Origin: a virus
Lineage: Duplodnaviria > Caudoviricetes
Direction: 5' to 3' (one strand)
Length of the DNA: 33,517 bases
IMG/VR virus record: IMGVR_UViG_3300035527_000079
Location: 1 to 33,517 of that record
Program-made: the position numbers and the translations under genes
In this document: piece by piece, positions 7,903 through 15,760 of the stretch
How the letters are laid out: each line of letters opens with the position of its first letter
How positions within the stretch are numbered: the first letter of the stretch is position 1
Notes under the pieces: model-generated
The model's database searches: none
What the model was told of the DNA's origin: nothing
Seen by the model: only the letters and a program-made list of their open reading frames with translations

Positions 7903-8384
7903 TATGCAGGAAACATCTTCTCGAGGAGCATGGCGATATACATAAGCACAGGCATAATTTTGTCAAAAAACACAACATGTCCGGACGCAAAGGGCAAATT
8001 TTTCCGCTACTTATGAAAGAACGTCACGACTTACTCGCAGAGGAAATGCTCCGCAGAGGATATGAACACGAGTCTCCGTATGAGCAGCCGGACGTGTCTT
8101 ACTTGCCCGGTGATGTCTTGACGTGCATACCGGATATAGACTGGAACATTAAAGATTTATCTAGCCGGTGCGATGAGTGCGCCGGAAGAATAAAACAGGA
8201 AAAATTGCCGTACAAGGCAGACATTGAGAAAACTCTCAAGCAAATTGGAATGCTCACGGATAAGCTGGTAGCCTACGGATCGGAAATATCAGACAATTTT
8301 AAGGTGATATTGCGTGGCGGGAGCTGGGAGTTGACGGTTAGGAGGAGGGGGATAAATGACAAGAAAGAAAAACAGAATCTGTAA
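7857..8384 (+). CDS. pyrimidine-dimer DNA glycosylase / T4 DenV-like protein
   Basis: RMWMINP.MLCRKHLLEEH.DIH...RHDLLAEEMLRRGYEHESP resembles the Pyr_excise family. Confidence 0.7.
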   Translation: MWMINPRMWMINPRMLCRKHLLEEHGDIHKHRHNFVKKHNMSGRKGQIFPLLMKERHDLLAEEMLRRGYEHESPYEQPDVSYLPGDVLTCIPDIDWNIKDLSSRCDECAGRIKQEKLPYKADIEKTLKQIGMLTDKLVAYGSEISDNFKVILRGGSWELTVRRRGINDKKEKQNL

Positions 8385-8508
8385 ATGCGGGAAAAAATTC
8401 AAAGACCACCCGGTCGAAGGTTGTGACTGGAAACCGAAGCTGTGGATAGACAGATTTGAGAGGCCAAGGCCATTTTTGGAGGTGATAAATGAAACGAATA
8501 ATCCTTGA
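8356..8508 (+). CDS. small Cys/His protein (50 aa), not in ORF track
   Basis: MTRKKNRICKCGKKFKDHPVEGCDW...; strong GGAGG SD; fills the gap between neighbours. Confidence 0.55.
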   Translation: MTRKKNRICKCGKKFKDHPVEGCDWKPKLWIDRFERPRPFLEVINETNNP

Positions 8509-8800
8509 AACCCCATACGCAGGCGACACCGAAAAATACCTGATATACGCACGCGAGTGCATGCGCGACTGCCTTTACCGCGGTGAGGCTCCGATGGCAA
8601 GCCATCTGTTATACACGCAATGCCTGGATGACACAATTAAAAATGAGCGTATGCTCGGAATAAATGCCGGGTTTGTGTGGCGCAAATCTGCCGACTATAC
8701 GGTGGTTTATATAGATCACGGCATATCGAGAGGGATGCAGCTTGGAATCGACCATGCCAAAAAAATAAACCATGAGGTTAAATACAGGAGGCTATTATGA
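8489..8800 (+). CDS. conserved phage protein of the DUF4406/DUF7768 type (nucleoside deoxyribosyltransferase-like fold)
   Basis: ETPYAGD...YAR..RGEAPMASHLLYTQCLDD...GIS.GM..GI pattern; SD GGAGGTGA. Confidence 0.75.
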   Translation: MKRIILETPYAGDTEKYLIYARECMRDCLYRGEAPMASHLLYTQCLDDTIKNERMLGINAGFVWRKSADYTVVYIDHGISRGMQLGIDHAKKINHEVKYRRLL

Positions 8801-9099
8801 CAGAAATTTTTATTTCAATTTCTCTGGTGTCTATGATTCTTGCGGTTTTATCAGCCATGCACGAGAACGCAAAACTCAAACGTCAAAACGATTATTACCG
8901 GACAAAATTCGCAGCCGAGAGCATTCGTGCTGAAAAACCAAGAAAATTTCGCATTATCATCGAAAATAATATTATTTATGTTCAGTCAATAAACGGAAAG
9001 ATTGTTCTTGAATCCATCGAACATATCAGCGCGCACGCGTGCAGAAAAACCGCAAGGTCGCTTTCTGAGAGCTCCGGGTGGGAGGTGATCCGCGCGTGA
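8797..9099 (+). CDS. hypothetical protein with N-terminal membrane anchor
   Basis: Hydrophobic residues 4-20; ATGA overlap with the upstream gene; SD AGGAGG. Confidence 0.7.
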   Translation: MTEIFISISLVSMILAVLSAMHENAKLKRQNDYYRTKFAAESIRAEKPRKFRIIIENNIIYVQSINGKIVLESIEHISAHACRKTARSLSESSGWEVIRA

Positions 9100-9479
9100 A
9101 CGAACACAACATCGGAAAAACAATACACCTCGCCCTCTCCAAGATCGGCGCGCGTCTTTTTCGGAATAATGTGGCGTTCGCCTGGCGCGGAGATAAAATC
9201 ACAAAACTGGACAACGGTGATATAATAATACATAATCCAAGGCCAATACACGCCGGCCTATGCAAGGGCTCATCTGATTACATCGGATGGAAACCTGTCA
9301 AAATAACGCCTGATATGGTCGGCAGAACCGTTGCTGTATTTACCGCGTGCGAGGTTAAAACCCCATCCGGCAGGGCCTCCGGAAAACAAAAAACGTTTTT
9401 ATCGGCTGTGCGGGCCGCGGGCGGCATATCGTTTATTGCGAGATCATCTGATGAGGCAATAAATAAGTGCAAAATATAA
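9096..9479 (+). CDS. VRR-NUC domain nuclease
   Basis: RLFRNNV, GLCKGSSDYIG, ACEVKTPSGRASGKQKTFL..V..AGG; GTG start at 9096 behind GGAGGTGA. Confidence 0.9.
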   Translation: MNEHNIGKTIHLALSKIGARLFRNNVAFAWRGDKITKLDNGDIIIHNPRPIHAGLCKGSSDYIGWKPVKITPDMVGRTVAVFTACEVKTPSGRASGKQKTFLSAVRAAGGISFIARSSDEAINKCKI

Positions 9480-9495
9480 AAAACAGGAGCAACAC

Positions 9496-11598
9496 GTGAA
9501 TTTTAACGGCCTATCAAAACACCTCTTATCTTACGCCAAACAACTCCTCCCTGAAATTCTGCCGGGCGGAAAAATAAACGGACACGAATACGAAACCAGC
9601 AACCTTTACGGCGGCAACGGAGATTCTCTGCGGGTAAATATCCGCACCGGCGTGTGGTGCGATTTCGCCGAGGAAAACGTCAATGGCGGCGATCTTATCT
9701 CTCTTTATGCGGCAGTTTACGGGATAACACAGGCCGAGGCATACGCAGAGCTTGCCGAAAAATACGGTTTCAACGAAAAAACATCGAAATTCCGGCACTA
9801 TAAACTCGGCGAACCGGCCAACGTGTGGAAATATAACGACTCCCTTTTTGTGGCACGATACAACACGCGGACCGGCAAACAGTACCGCCCCATCCAGATT
9901 ATAAACAAAAAAATCGTGTGGCAGTCCCCGGACGTCAGGCCCCTATATAACGAGAATAAAATAATTAACAACCCGAGACGCCCGATACTCATAACCGAGG
10001 GTGAAAAGGCATGCGACGCGGCCCAGAAAATCGTCAACGATAAATTTCTGTGCGTTACGTGGATGGGCGGGACAAACGCGACACATAAAACCGACTGGTC
10101 ACCTATCCGCGACCGGAGCGTTGTTATCTGCCCCGATGCGGACGCGCCCGGGGCCCGGGCCGCTGATAATATCGCTAAAATTTTGCGCTCCCAGAACAAT
10201 AAGGTCAAAATAATCGAAATTGACGATAAACCAAGCGGGTGGGACCTGGCGGACGAACCGGGATGGTCATGGGACGATTTCTACGCGTGGGCCAAACCGC
10301 GCGCGAGAATAGTAAGCGATATCGAGCAAAACGTAACGGTCAACGCGGTCCAGGTCAACGTACAGGCTGAGGACACGCCAGAGGTCAGCGGTTCCGCGGT
10401 TGTTTTGTGGGATAACCTGGGCCTGGCGCTCACATCCTCTGGAAACCCTGTAGCTAATATCGATAACGCCATGCGCGTTCTGAGCGGAGTGCCTACTCTT
10501 AATAACAGTATATGGTACGATGAGTTTTTTCACCAGGTGTTTATCGATGGCCGACCACTATCAGATGTTGAGGAATTCGAGATCGCGGTCTATATGCAGA
10601 GCAAAATCGGGCTATCCCGCATGACAGACACCATTGTCAACAAGGCAATCAAGGCGCACGCAAGGCGCAACGTCCGCAACGAGCCGCGGGAGTGGCTGAA
10701 CTCTCTTGTGTGGGACAAAACCTCAAGAATAGACACGTTTTTCGCTGAGTGCGTCGGCTGTGAGGACTCAGAGTATACACGGGCCGTATCGCGCAACTTC
10801 ATGATATCGATGGTCGCGCGCATATTCAACCCTGGGTGCCAGTGTCATTCGATGGTTATTTTTGAGGGGGCCCAAGGTAAGCGCAAATCAACGTTCCTGC
10901 GGTCCATCGCTGGAGAAAAATATTACACTGAGGCGATCGAAAACATATACTCAAACAACTTCTACCAGTGCTTGAGCGGAAAAATAATCCTTGAGTTCGC
11001 CGAGCTGTCAACCTGGAAGAAGGCCGACATCTTCAAGCTCAAACAGATGCTCTCAAACTCCAAGGACACATACCGGGCCCCGTATGACCGGCACCAGGCC
11101 GACCATAAACGCTCATCCATATTCGCCGGGACAACCAACGAGTACGAATACCTTGAGGATCACACAGGCGCACGCCGGTTCTGGCCGGTTAAAACCGGAG
11201 ATATCGAGATCAACAAAACCCGCGATATGCGTGAGCAGCTTTTTGCCGAGGCGGTACATGTTTATAAATCCGAGGACGTCGAATATGACGATCAGCGCGT
11301 TGTGTCCCGTTGGTGGGAGGTGCCTGAGTCCGCGCTTGATGAGCAGGAGCAACGCCGCGTCCGGGATCCATGGGAGGAGGACATACAGCGGTACGTCAAA
11401 ACAAACATCGAGTTTACCATGGATGACATCATGGAGTCCTGCCTGAAAATAGAGAAATCCAAGAAAACGAGGTACGATACAATCCGGATAGGGAAGATAC
11501 TTGCGATGCTCGGGTATGTTAAAAAGCGCAAAACAACGGGTGATAGGGGGTATTTTTATGAGCTTGAAAATCAGGAAGAAATCGATGAAAATTGGTGA
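9496..11598 (+). CDS. primase (Toprim) fused to VapE/VirE-type P-loop helicase
   Basis: ITEGEK..DAA, WMGG, PDADAPG, GWDLAD (Toprim); FEGAQGKRKST, YRAPY, FAGTTN..YLED.TGARRFWPV, REQLFAEA (VapE). Confidence 0.9.
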   Translation: MNFNGLSKHLLSYAKQLLPEILPGGKINGHEYETSNLYGGNGDSLRVNIRTGVWCDFAEENVNGGDLISLYAAVYGITQAEAYAELAEKYGFNEKTSKFRHYKLGEPANVWKYNDSLFVARYNTRTGKQYRPIQIINKKIVWQSPDVRPLYNENKIINNPRRPILITEGEKACDAAQKIVNDKFLCVTWMGGTNATHKTDWSPIRDRSVVICPDADAPGARAADNIAKILRSQNNKVKIIEIDDKPSGWDLADEPGWSWDDFYAWAKPRARIVSDIEQNVTVNAVQVNVQAEDTPEVSGSAVVLWDNLGLALTSSGNPVANIDNAMRVLSGVPTLNNSIWYDEFFHQVFIDGRPLSDVEEFEIAVYMQSKIGLSRMTDTIVNKAIKAHARRNVRNEPREWLNSLVWDKTSRIDTFFAECVGCEDSEYTRAVSRNFMISMVARIFNPGCQCHSMVIFEGAQGKRKSTFLRSIAGEKYYTEAIENIYSNNFYQCLSGKIILEFAELSTWKKADIFKLKQMLSNSKDTYRAPYDRHQADHKRSSIFAGTTNEYEYLEDHTGARRFWPVKTGDIEINKTRDMREQLFAEAVHVYKSEDVEYDDQRVVSRWWEVPESALDEQEQRRVRDPWEEDIQRYVKTNIEFTMDDIMESCLKIEKSKKTRYDTIRIGKILAMLGYVKKRKTTGDRGYFYELENQEEIDENW

Positions 11599-11975
11599 AA
11601 TACTACAAAAACATTATAGATTCTATAATGCGTCACGAAACATAATTATAGATTTTATAATGTGTTTATAACATAAACCCAAAAAACCCTATTAAAACAA
11701 TAGGACGAAAGGGGGTTAATAGGACGACTTTTGGACGTTGTAAGTCCTTATATACTATATTGATACTGATTTATGTCTTATTGTCTTATTAAATAATAGG
11801 GTATAAAATATATATTGGTTATAAAGTACATAGTAATGTTATATTGTATTTTTATAACAAATATAGAAAGTTTGGGCGGGGGGGTTTTTTAATGGACGGA
11901 TTGGACGGATTGATGTAAACGCTTAAAATAAAAAAAGTTACAACAAAAACATCAAAAAATTTCATAAGGACGCAT
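11599..11975. other. AT-rich non-coding region with palindromes and GGACG repeats; candidate replication origin
   Basis: CATTATAGATTCTATAATG palindrome (11612-11630) with a near copy at 11645-11662; AATAGGACGA twice (11699, 11718); further GGACG copies to about 11982. Confidence 0.55.
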
Positions 11976-12362
11976 ATGGACGAAATCAAAAAACTAAAAA
12001 AACAGATAGAAATCTTAAAAAATCGAATCAAAGAACTTGAGGATCAAGGATACGGATGGAATCAATGCGTAGTCTGCGGACACGGGTGGAAGCAACGCAA
12101 AGATAAAAAATCTTTAAGGTGTCCAAGGTGCTCAAGGAAAAACTGGGAAGATGGAAAAAGAAAAAAACAGTCATACGGAATCGAAAAGCTGGAAATCGGA
12201 GAATCGAAAATAATTCCGTGGAACCTTCTGCCGGATGGGAACATGGACCAGAAGAAGAATTACAGGGTCGCCCGCGCTGTTGATTCGTACAGCTGCCGGA
12301 CAAAAAGAAGATTCCGGAAAGAGCCAAACTACACCGGGTTAAAAATAACAAGGATTTCTTGA
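11976..12362 (+). CDS. basic zinc-ribbon protein, possible late transcription regulator
   Basis: Coiled N-terminus, CVVC...CPRC, Lys/Arg-rich; last gene before the packaging module. Confidence 0.65.
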   Translation: MDEIKKLKKQIEILKNRIKELEDQGYGWNQCVVCGHGWKQRKDKKSLRCPRCSRKNWEDGKRKKQSYGIEKLEIGESKIIPWNLLPDGNMDQKKNYRVARAVDSYSCRTKRRFRKEPNYTGLKITRIS

Positions 12363-12387
12363 TAAAAAACAAAACAAGAGATATAAT
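12359..12387 (+). promoter_or_regulatory. sigma70-type promoter for the packaging operon
   Basis: TTGATA (12359-12364), 17 nt, TATAAT (12382-12387); ATG at 12394 with no SD. Confidence 0.7.
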
Positions 12388-12393
12388 AAGAAA

Positions 12394-12933
12394 ATGAGAA
12401 ACCATAAAAAGTTCGAAGAGTTTATTAAAAAAGATGATGCGATTGATATTTTGTGCGCACACTTAGCGAACGGTGGAAACATTATTGAGTTTTGCGAAAT
12501 GCACGAAATACCGTTTTGTCAGCTGACAACGTGGGCTAGCAAGCCGGAAAACATTGATCAGTATAAGATGGCAATATTCTCACAGACTGAATGGGCCGTG
12601 CAAAAAATACTCAATGAGTTAAAAACGATGACATATGCAGACAGGGCAGCGGTTTTTTATGATGACGGAACGCTCAAACCTGTAACTGAGTGGCCCAAAA
12701 ACATAAGATCGGCGGTTGCCGGCATAGATGTAAAATTTCTTGATGATGGGACACAGGTAAACAAAATCAAGTTTGAGTCAAAAACGAAGACGCTTGAAAT
12801 GATGATGAAAAACCTTGGAATTTTAACAGACAGGGCCATGTCACTTCACTTGGTTGGAAGTGATGAAAAATTCATCGACGAATTTTTCGGGATGAAAAAA
12901 CAGGAAAACAAAACAGGAGAGGAAGACAAATGA
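12394..12933 (+). CDS. terS: terminase small subunit
   Basis: N-terminal HTH-like segment and ILNELKTMTYAD...DDGTLKPVTEWP...KIKFESKTKTLEMM pattern; position upstream of terL. Confidence 0.8.
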   Translation: MRNHKKFEEFIKKDDAIDILCAHLANGGNIIEFCEMHEIPFCQLTTWASKPENIDQYKMAIFSQTEWAVQKILNELKTMTYADRAAVFYDDGTLKPVTEWPKNIRSAVAGIDVKFLDDGTQVNKIKFESKTKTLEMMMKNLGILTDRAMSLHLVGSDEKFIDEFFGMKKQENKTGEEDK

Positions 12934-14330
12934 ATTATTTAATAATCTGGTTTGCCCTTGCGGTGATGTTTTTCCGCGTGCTGAAACTCGGATATGTTGT
13001 TGATGATGACTCCCGCCTCGCGCGCATGAAAGAAATACGCAAAAACAAAAAATTCCCACTATTGAAATTTATCCATGAATCAATGTACGGGGCCGGGTTT
13101 TTTAAGAACGCATGGGCCGACCACCTGGCAACGATTATTTTACACGGTGTCAACTGCTCACTTATCTATCGCATGACAGGGCACCTAGAGATCGCGTTGC
13201 TGTATCTGATAAACCCGATCAATAATCAAACAGTTTTATGGCTCAACGGCAGGCGGTATGCGTTATCGTTGCTCGCTGTTCTTGTGGCATGGAATTTCTG
13301 GCCAGCGGCCCCGGCCATGGCCATGTTTACGGCGTGGCTTCACGTGTCCGGCGTTGTTTTTCCGTTGTTGTTTTTGACAACACCGTTCTGGTGGGTTGTG
13401 CCGGTGTTGGCGATAATTGTTTTTTTGGCCGGAAGAAAAAAAATATTATCAAAAATAAGGGCACGCAAGGCGGCATACGCATCAAAAGAATCGTTTAAGT
13501 TTAATCCAAAAAAAATAATTTTATATATAAAGACAGTTGGATATCATTTTTTTAACTGCATCCTCCCGAATAAGCCTGCGATGTATCATGATTTCTTGAT
13601 GTATTACGGAGCGACAAAGGAAGGGAATAAGGATGCGTTCGCGTTTAATCTGGATTTCTGGAAGGGCGTGGCCGTGCTCGCGTTTCTTGCGTTCGATCAT
13701 TCGTTTTATGCGCTATGGTTTCTGCTGTTTGTTTCTCCGTGGTGCAATATATATCAGGTGACAATGACAGCCTCGGACAGGTATTGCTCGATTCCGAACG
13801 TTGGCGCGATGGCGTTGTTGTACAAATATGCGATGATGACGCCGTATGGAAATGAGATATTGCTCTGCTTCGCTGTTTTTTATTTGGTCAAATATCAACC
13901 GTTGTTTCACGCCTATAAAAATGTTGAGACGTTTCACCACTACCATATAGCGATAAACCCGGCCACGGTAAACTCGAGATTTTTTCTGTCAAAGATATTT
14001 CTAGCGAAAAAAGACCCGTTCTCCGCGTTCGGCATGATACGTCAGGGGATGCAGCATAAGCCAACGGATTTCAAGTTTCTGCTCGGGTTCATTGAGTGCC
14101 TCTTCGCCCTCGGCAAGCGGCAGTCAGCGTTCAAGGCGATGGAGTTCACCGAAAAACACATCCCGTTCGGAGAGGAGGAGGACTGCAAAAACCTATTTGA
14201 CGGAATCCGGAACCAGTTCCCGGAAGAATATAATAAATTCCGCGGGCTGGACAAAAACGGGCACAAGGTAATACACAACAATGGGAAGCCATATGTAAAA
14301 AACAATGCCTCTAAAACCAAAACAAGCTGA
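12930..14330 (+). CDS. polytopic membrane protein, TMTC-like GT-C glycosyltransferase with C-terminal TPR-like helices
   Basis: TM1 followed by YVVDDD; HLATIILHGVN; LLYLINP..NQTVLWLNGR; ASDRYCSIP..G; many TM segments; TPR-like C-terminus. Confidence 0.72.
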   Translation: MNYLIIWFALAVMFFRVLKLGYVVDDDSRLARMKEIRKNKKFPLLKFIHESMYGAGFFKNAWADHLATIILHGVNCSLIYRMTGHLEIALLYLINPINNQTVLWLNGRRYALSLLAVLVAWNFWPAAPAMAMFTAWLHVSGVVFPLLFLTTPFWWVVPVLAIIVFLAGRKKILSKIRARKAAYASKESFKFNPKKIILYIKTVGYHFFNCILPNKPAMYHDFLMYYGATKEGNKDAFAFNLDFWKGVAVLAFLAFDHSFYALWFLLFVSPWCNIYQVTMTASDRYCSIPNVGAMALLYKYAMMTPYGNEILLCFAVFYLVKYQPLFHAYKNVETFHHYHIAINPATVNSRFFLSKIFLAKKDPFSAFGMIRQGMQHKPTDFKFLLGFIECLFALGKRQSAFKAMEFTEKHIPFGEEEDCKNLFDGIRNQFPEEYNKFRGLDKNGHKVIHNNGKPYVKNNASKTKTS

Positions 14331-15699
14331 GTTTATAAATGCGTTTCGGTCCGGCCGGTTTGTTTATCTGTGTGCTGCTGGAACAACCGGGAGCGGAAAA
14401 ACGTTTGCAACGGTCGGGCTGATACACTACCTATGCCAGAGGATACCGGGGTCAAGGTTTTTTATCGGAAGAAAATCTGAGAAGAACCTGAAGCAGACAA
14501 CAATACCGTCATACAACGAAATAAAAAGAACGACAAAATCACAAAATGCGTCGAAGGTCGTTGATATGACAGCGAAGTACGAAAACGGAAGCGAGATATT
14601 ATTTATCTGGTGCGACATAACAAAAGACCCGGACCTCAACAACATCCGCGGGATTGAGGTTAACGGCGGGTTGTTTGAGGAGGCCAACCAGATAGATAAA
14701 AAATATTTTGAGATTGCCAAAACAAGGGTTGGCCGGTGGCGCAGGGATATCTGCATACCGTTTATTATGCTGAACCTCAACCCATCAATAGGTTGGGTCA
14801 AGGATACGTTTTATGATCCGTGGGTCGAAAATAAACTGCCGGAGAAGTATTTTTTTCTTGAGTTTGACGAGCAGGACGCGGTTGACTGCTCTGGGGAGCG
14901 GTACGTTGAAAATTTATCAGAACTAGCAAAAGAAGAATATGAGCGATTTGTGAAAAATCGCTGGGATTACTCGTCGGCTGCAAATCAGTTAATTAACTTC
15001 GAATGGTATAAAAGTTGTAAGCGCGAGAGTGATCCCGAAATTATAATAACCGATAGAGCATTGGGCGCCACAGACCCGGCGTGGGAAGGTGACGACTCAA
15101 CTGTCATGGCGCGGATGCACGGGAACCATATCGGGTGGTGGGAAGAGTACGAGAAGCAGGATCCGGACATATCCGGAATTATTTCACATGAACGTGCGAC
15201 GATGTTTCACGTGAAACAAGGCGACTGGATAGTTGATCCTGTTGGAATCGGTTCAGCGACGGTATTGAAAATGAGAAACGATCTTAACTATAGCCCGGAC
15301 ATGTTTTATGGGGGGTCAGGATCGACCAACATGTTTGGCGTGCTTGAGATTTACAACAAAAGGTCAGAGGCGCACTGGTTGTTGGCCGAGGCCATGCGTA
15401 AAAAAGAGATAACGTTTACTCACAACGAATCGTTTCAAAGGCAGTGTCTGGCGCTAAAATATTATATTGATGAAAAGAAAATCCGTATTGTTGATAAAAA
15501 AACCTTAAAAAAAGACCTCGGGGAATCACCGGGGCACACAGACTGTGGTGCTATGTTAGCGCATAAATGGAAAACCGAAGGAGGGACCGGCATAACCGAT
15601 ATAATGATCAGGCAGGAAGAAGCTCGTCTGAAAACGCAGGAAACAAGAGCACAACGTGAACGACGGGAAAAAAGATCACAAATGACAATAATGGAATAA
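14305..15699 (+). CDS. terL: terminase large subunit
   Basis: LKPKQ, Walker A GTTGSGKT, Walker B GLFEEA, LNP coupling motif, RNase H-like ATDPAWEGDDSTV, VDPVGIG, SPGHTD. Confidence 0.93.
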   Translation: MPLKPKQAEFINAFRSGRFVYLCAAGTTGSGKTFATVGLIHYLCQRIPGSRFFIGRKSEKNLKQTTIPSYNEIKRTTKSQNASKVVDMTAKYENGSEILFIWCDITKDPDLNNIRGIEVNGGLFEEANQIDKKYFEIAKTRVGRWRRDICIPFIMLNLNPSIGWVKDTFYDPWVENKLPEKYFFLEFDEQDAVDCSGERYVENLSELAKEEYERFVKNRWDYSSAANQLINFEWYKSCKRESDPEIIITDRALGATDPAWEGDDSTVMARMHGNHIGWWEEYEKQDPDISGIISHERATMFHVKQGDWIVDPVGIGSATVLKMRNDLNYSPDMFYGGSGSTNMFGVLEIYNKRSEAHWLLAEAMRKKEITFTHNESFQRQCLALKYYIDEKKIRIVDKKTLKKDLGESPGHTDCGAMLAHKWKTEGGTGITDIMIRQEEARLKTQETRAQRERREKRSQMTIME

Positions 15700-15760
15700 T
15701 TAATTTTTTTGTTGTTTTTTTGTAAAAAATAAAACATAATGCTTACATGAGGAAAAATAC

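Noticed and set aside
10864-10893. Walker A variant GAQGKRKST as a sign of an inactive helicase
   Set aside because: The catalytic Lys-Ser/Thr and downstream VapE motifs are intact; not enough to claim inactivity.
10991-11446. 151-aa alternative-frame ORF inside the primase-VapE gene
   Set aside because: No SD or motifs; explained by locally GC-rich codon usage.
11690-11985. GGACG repeats as a CRISPR array
   Set aside because: Repeats are too short and irregularly spaced; no cas genes.
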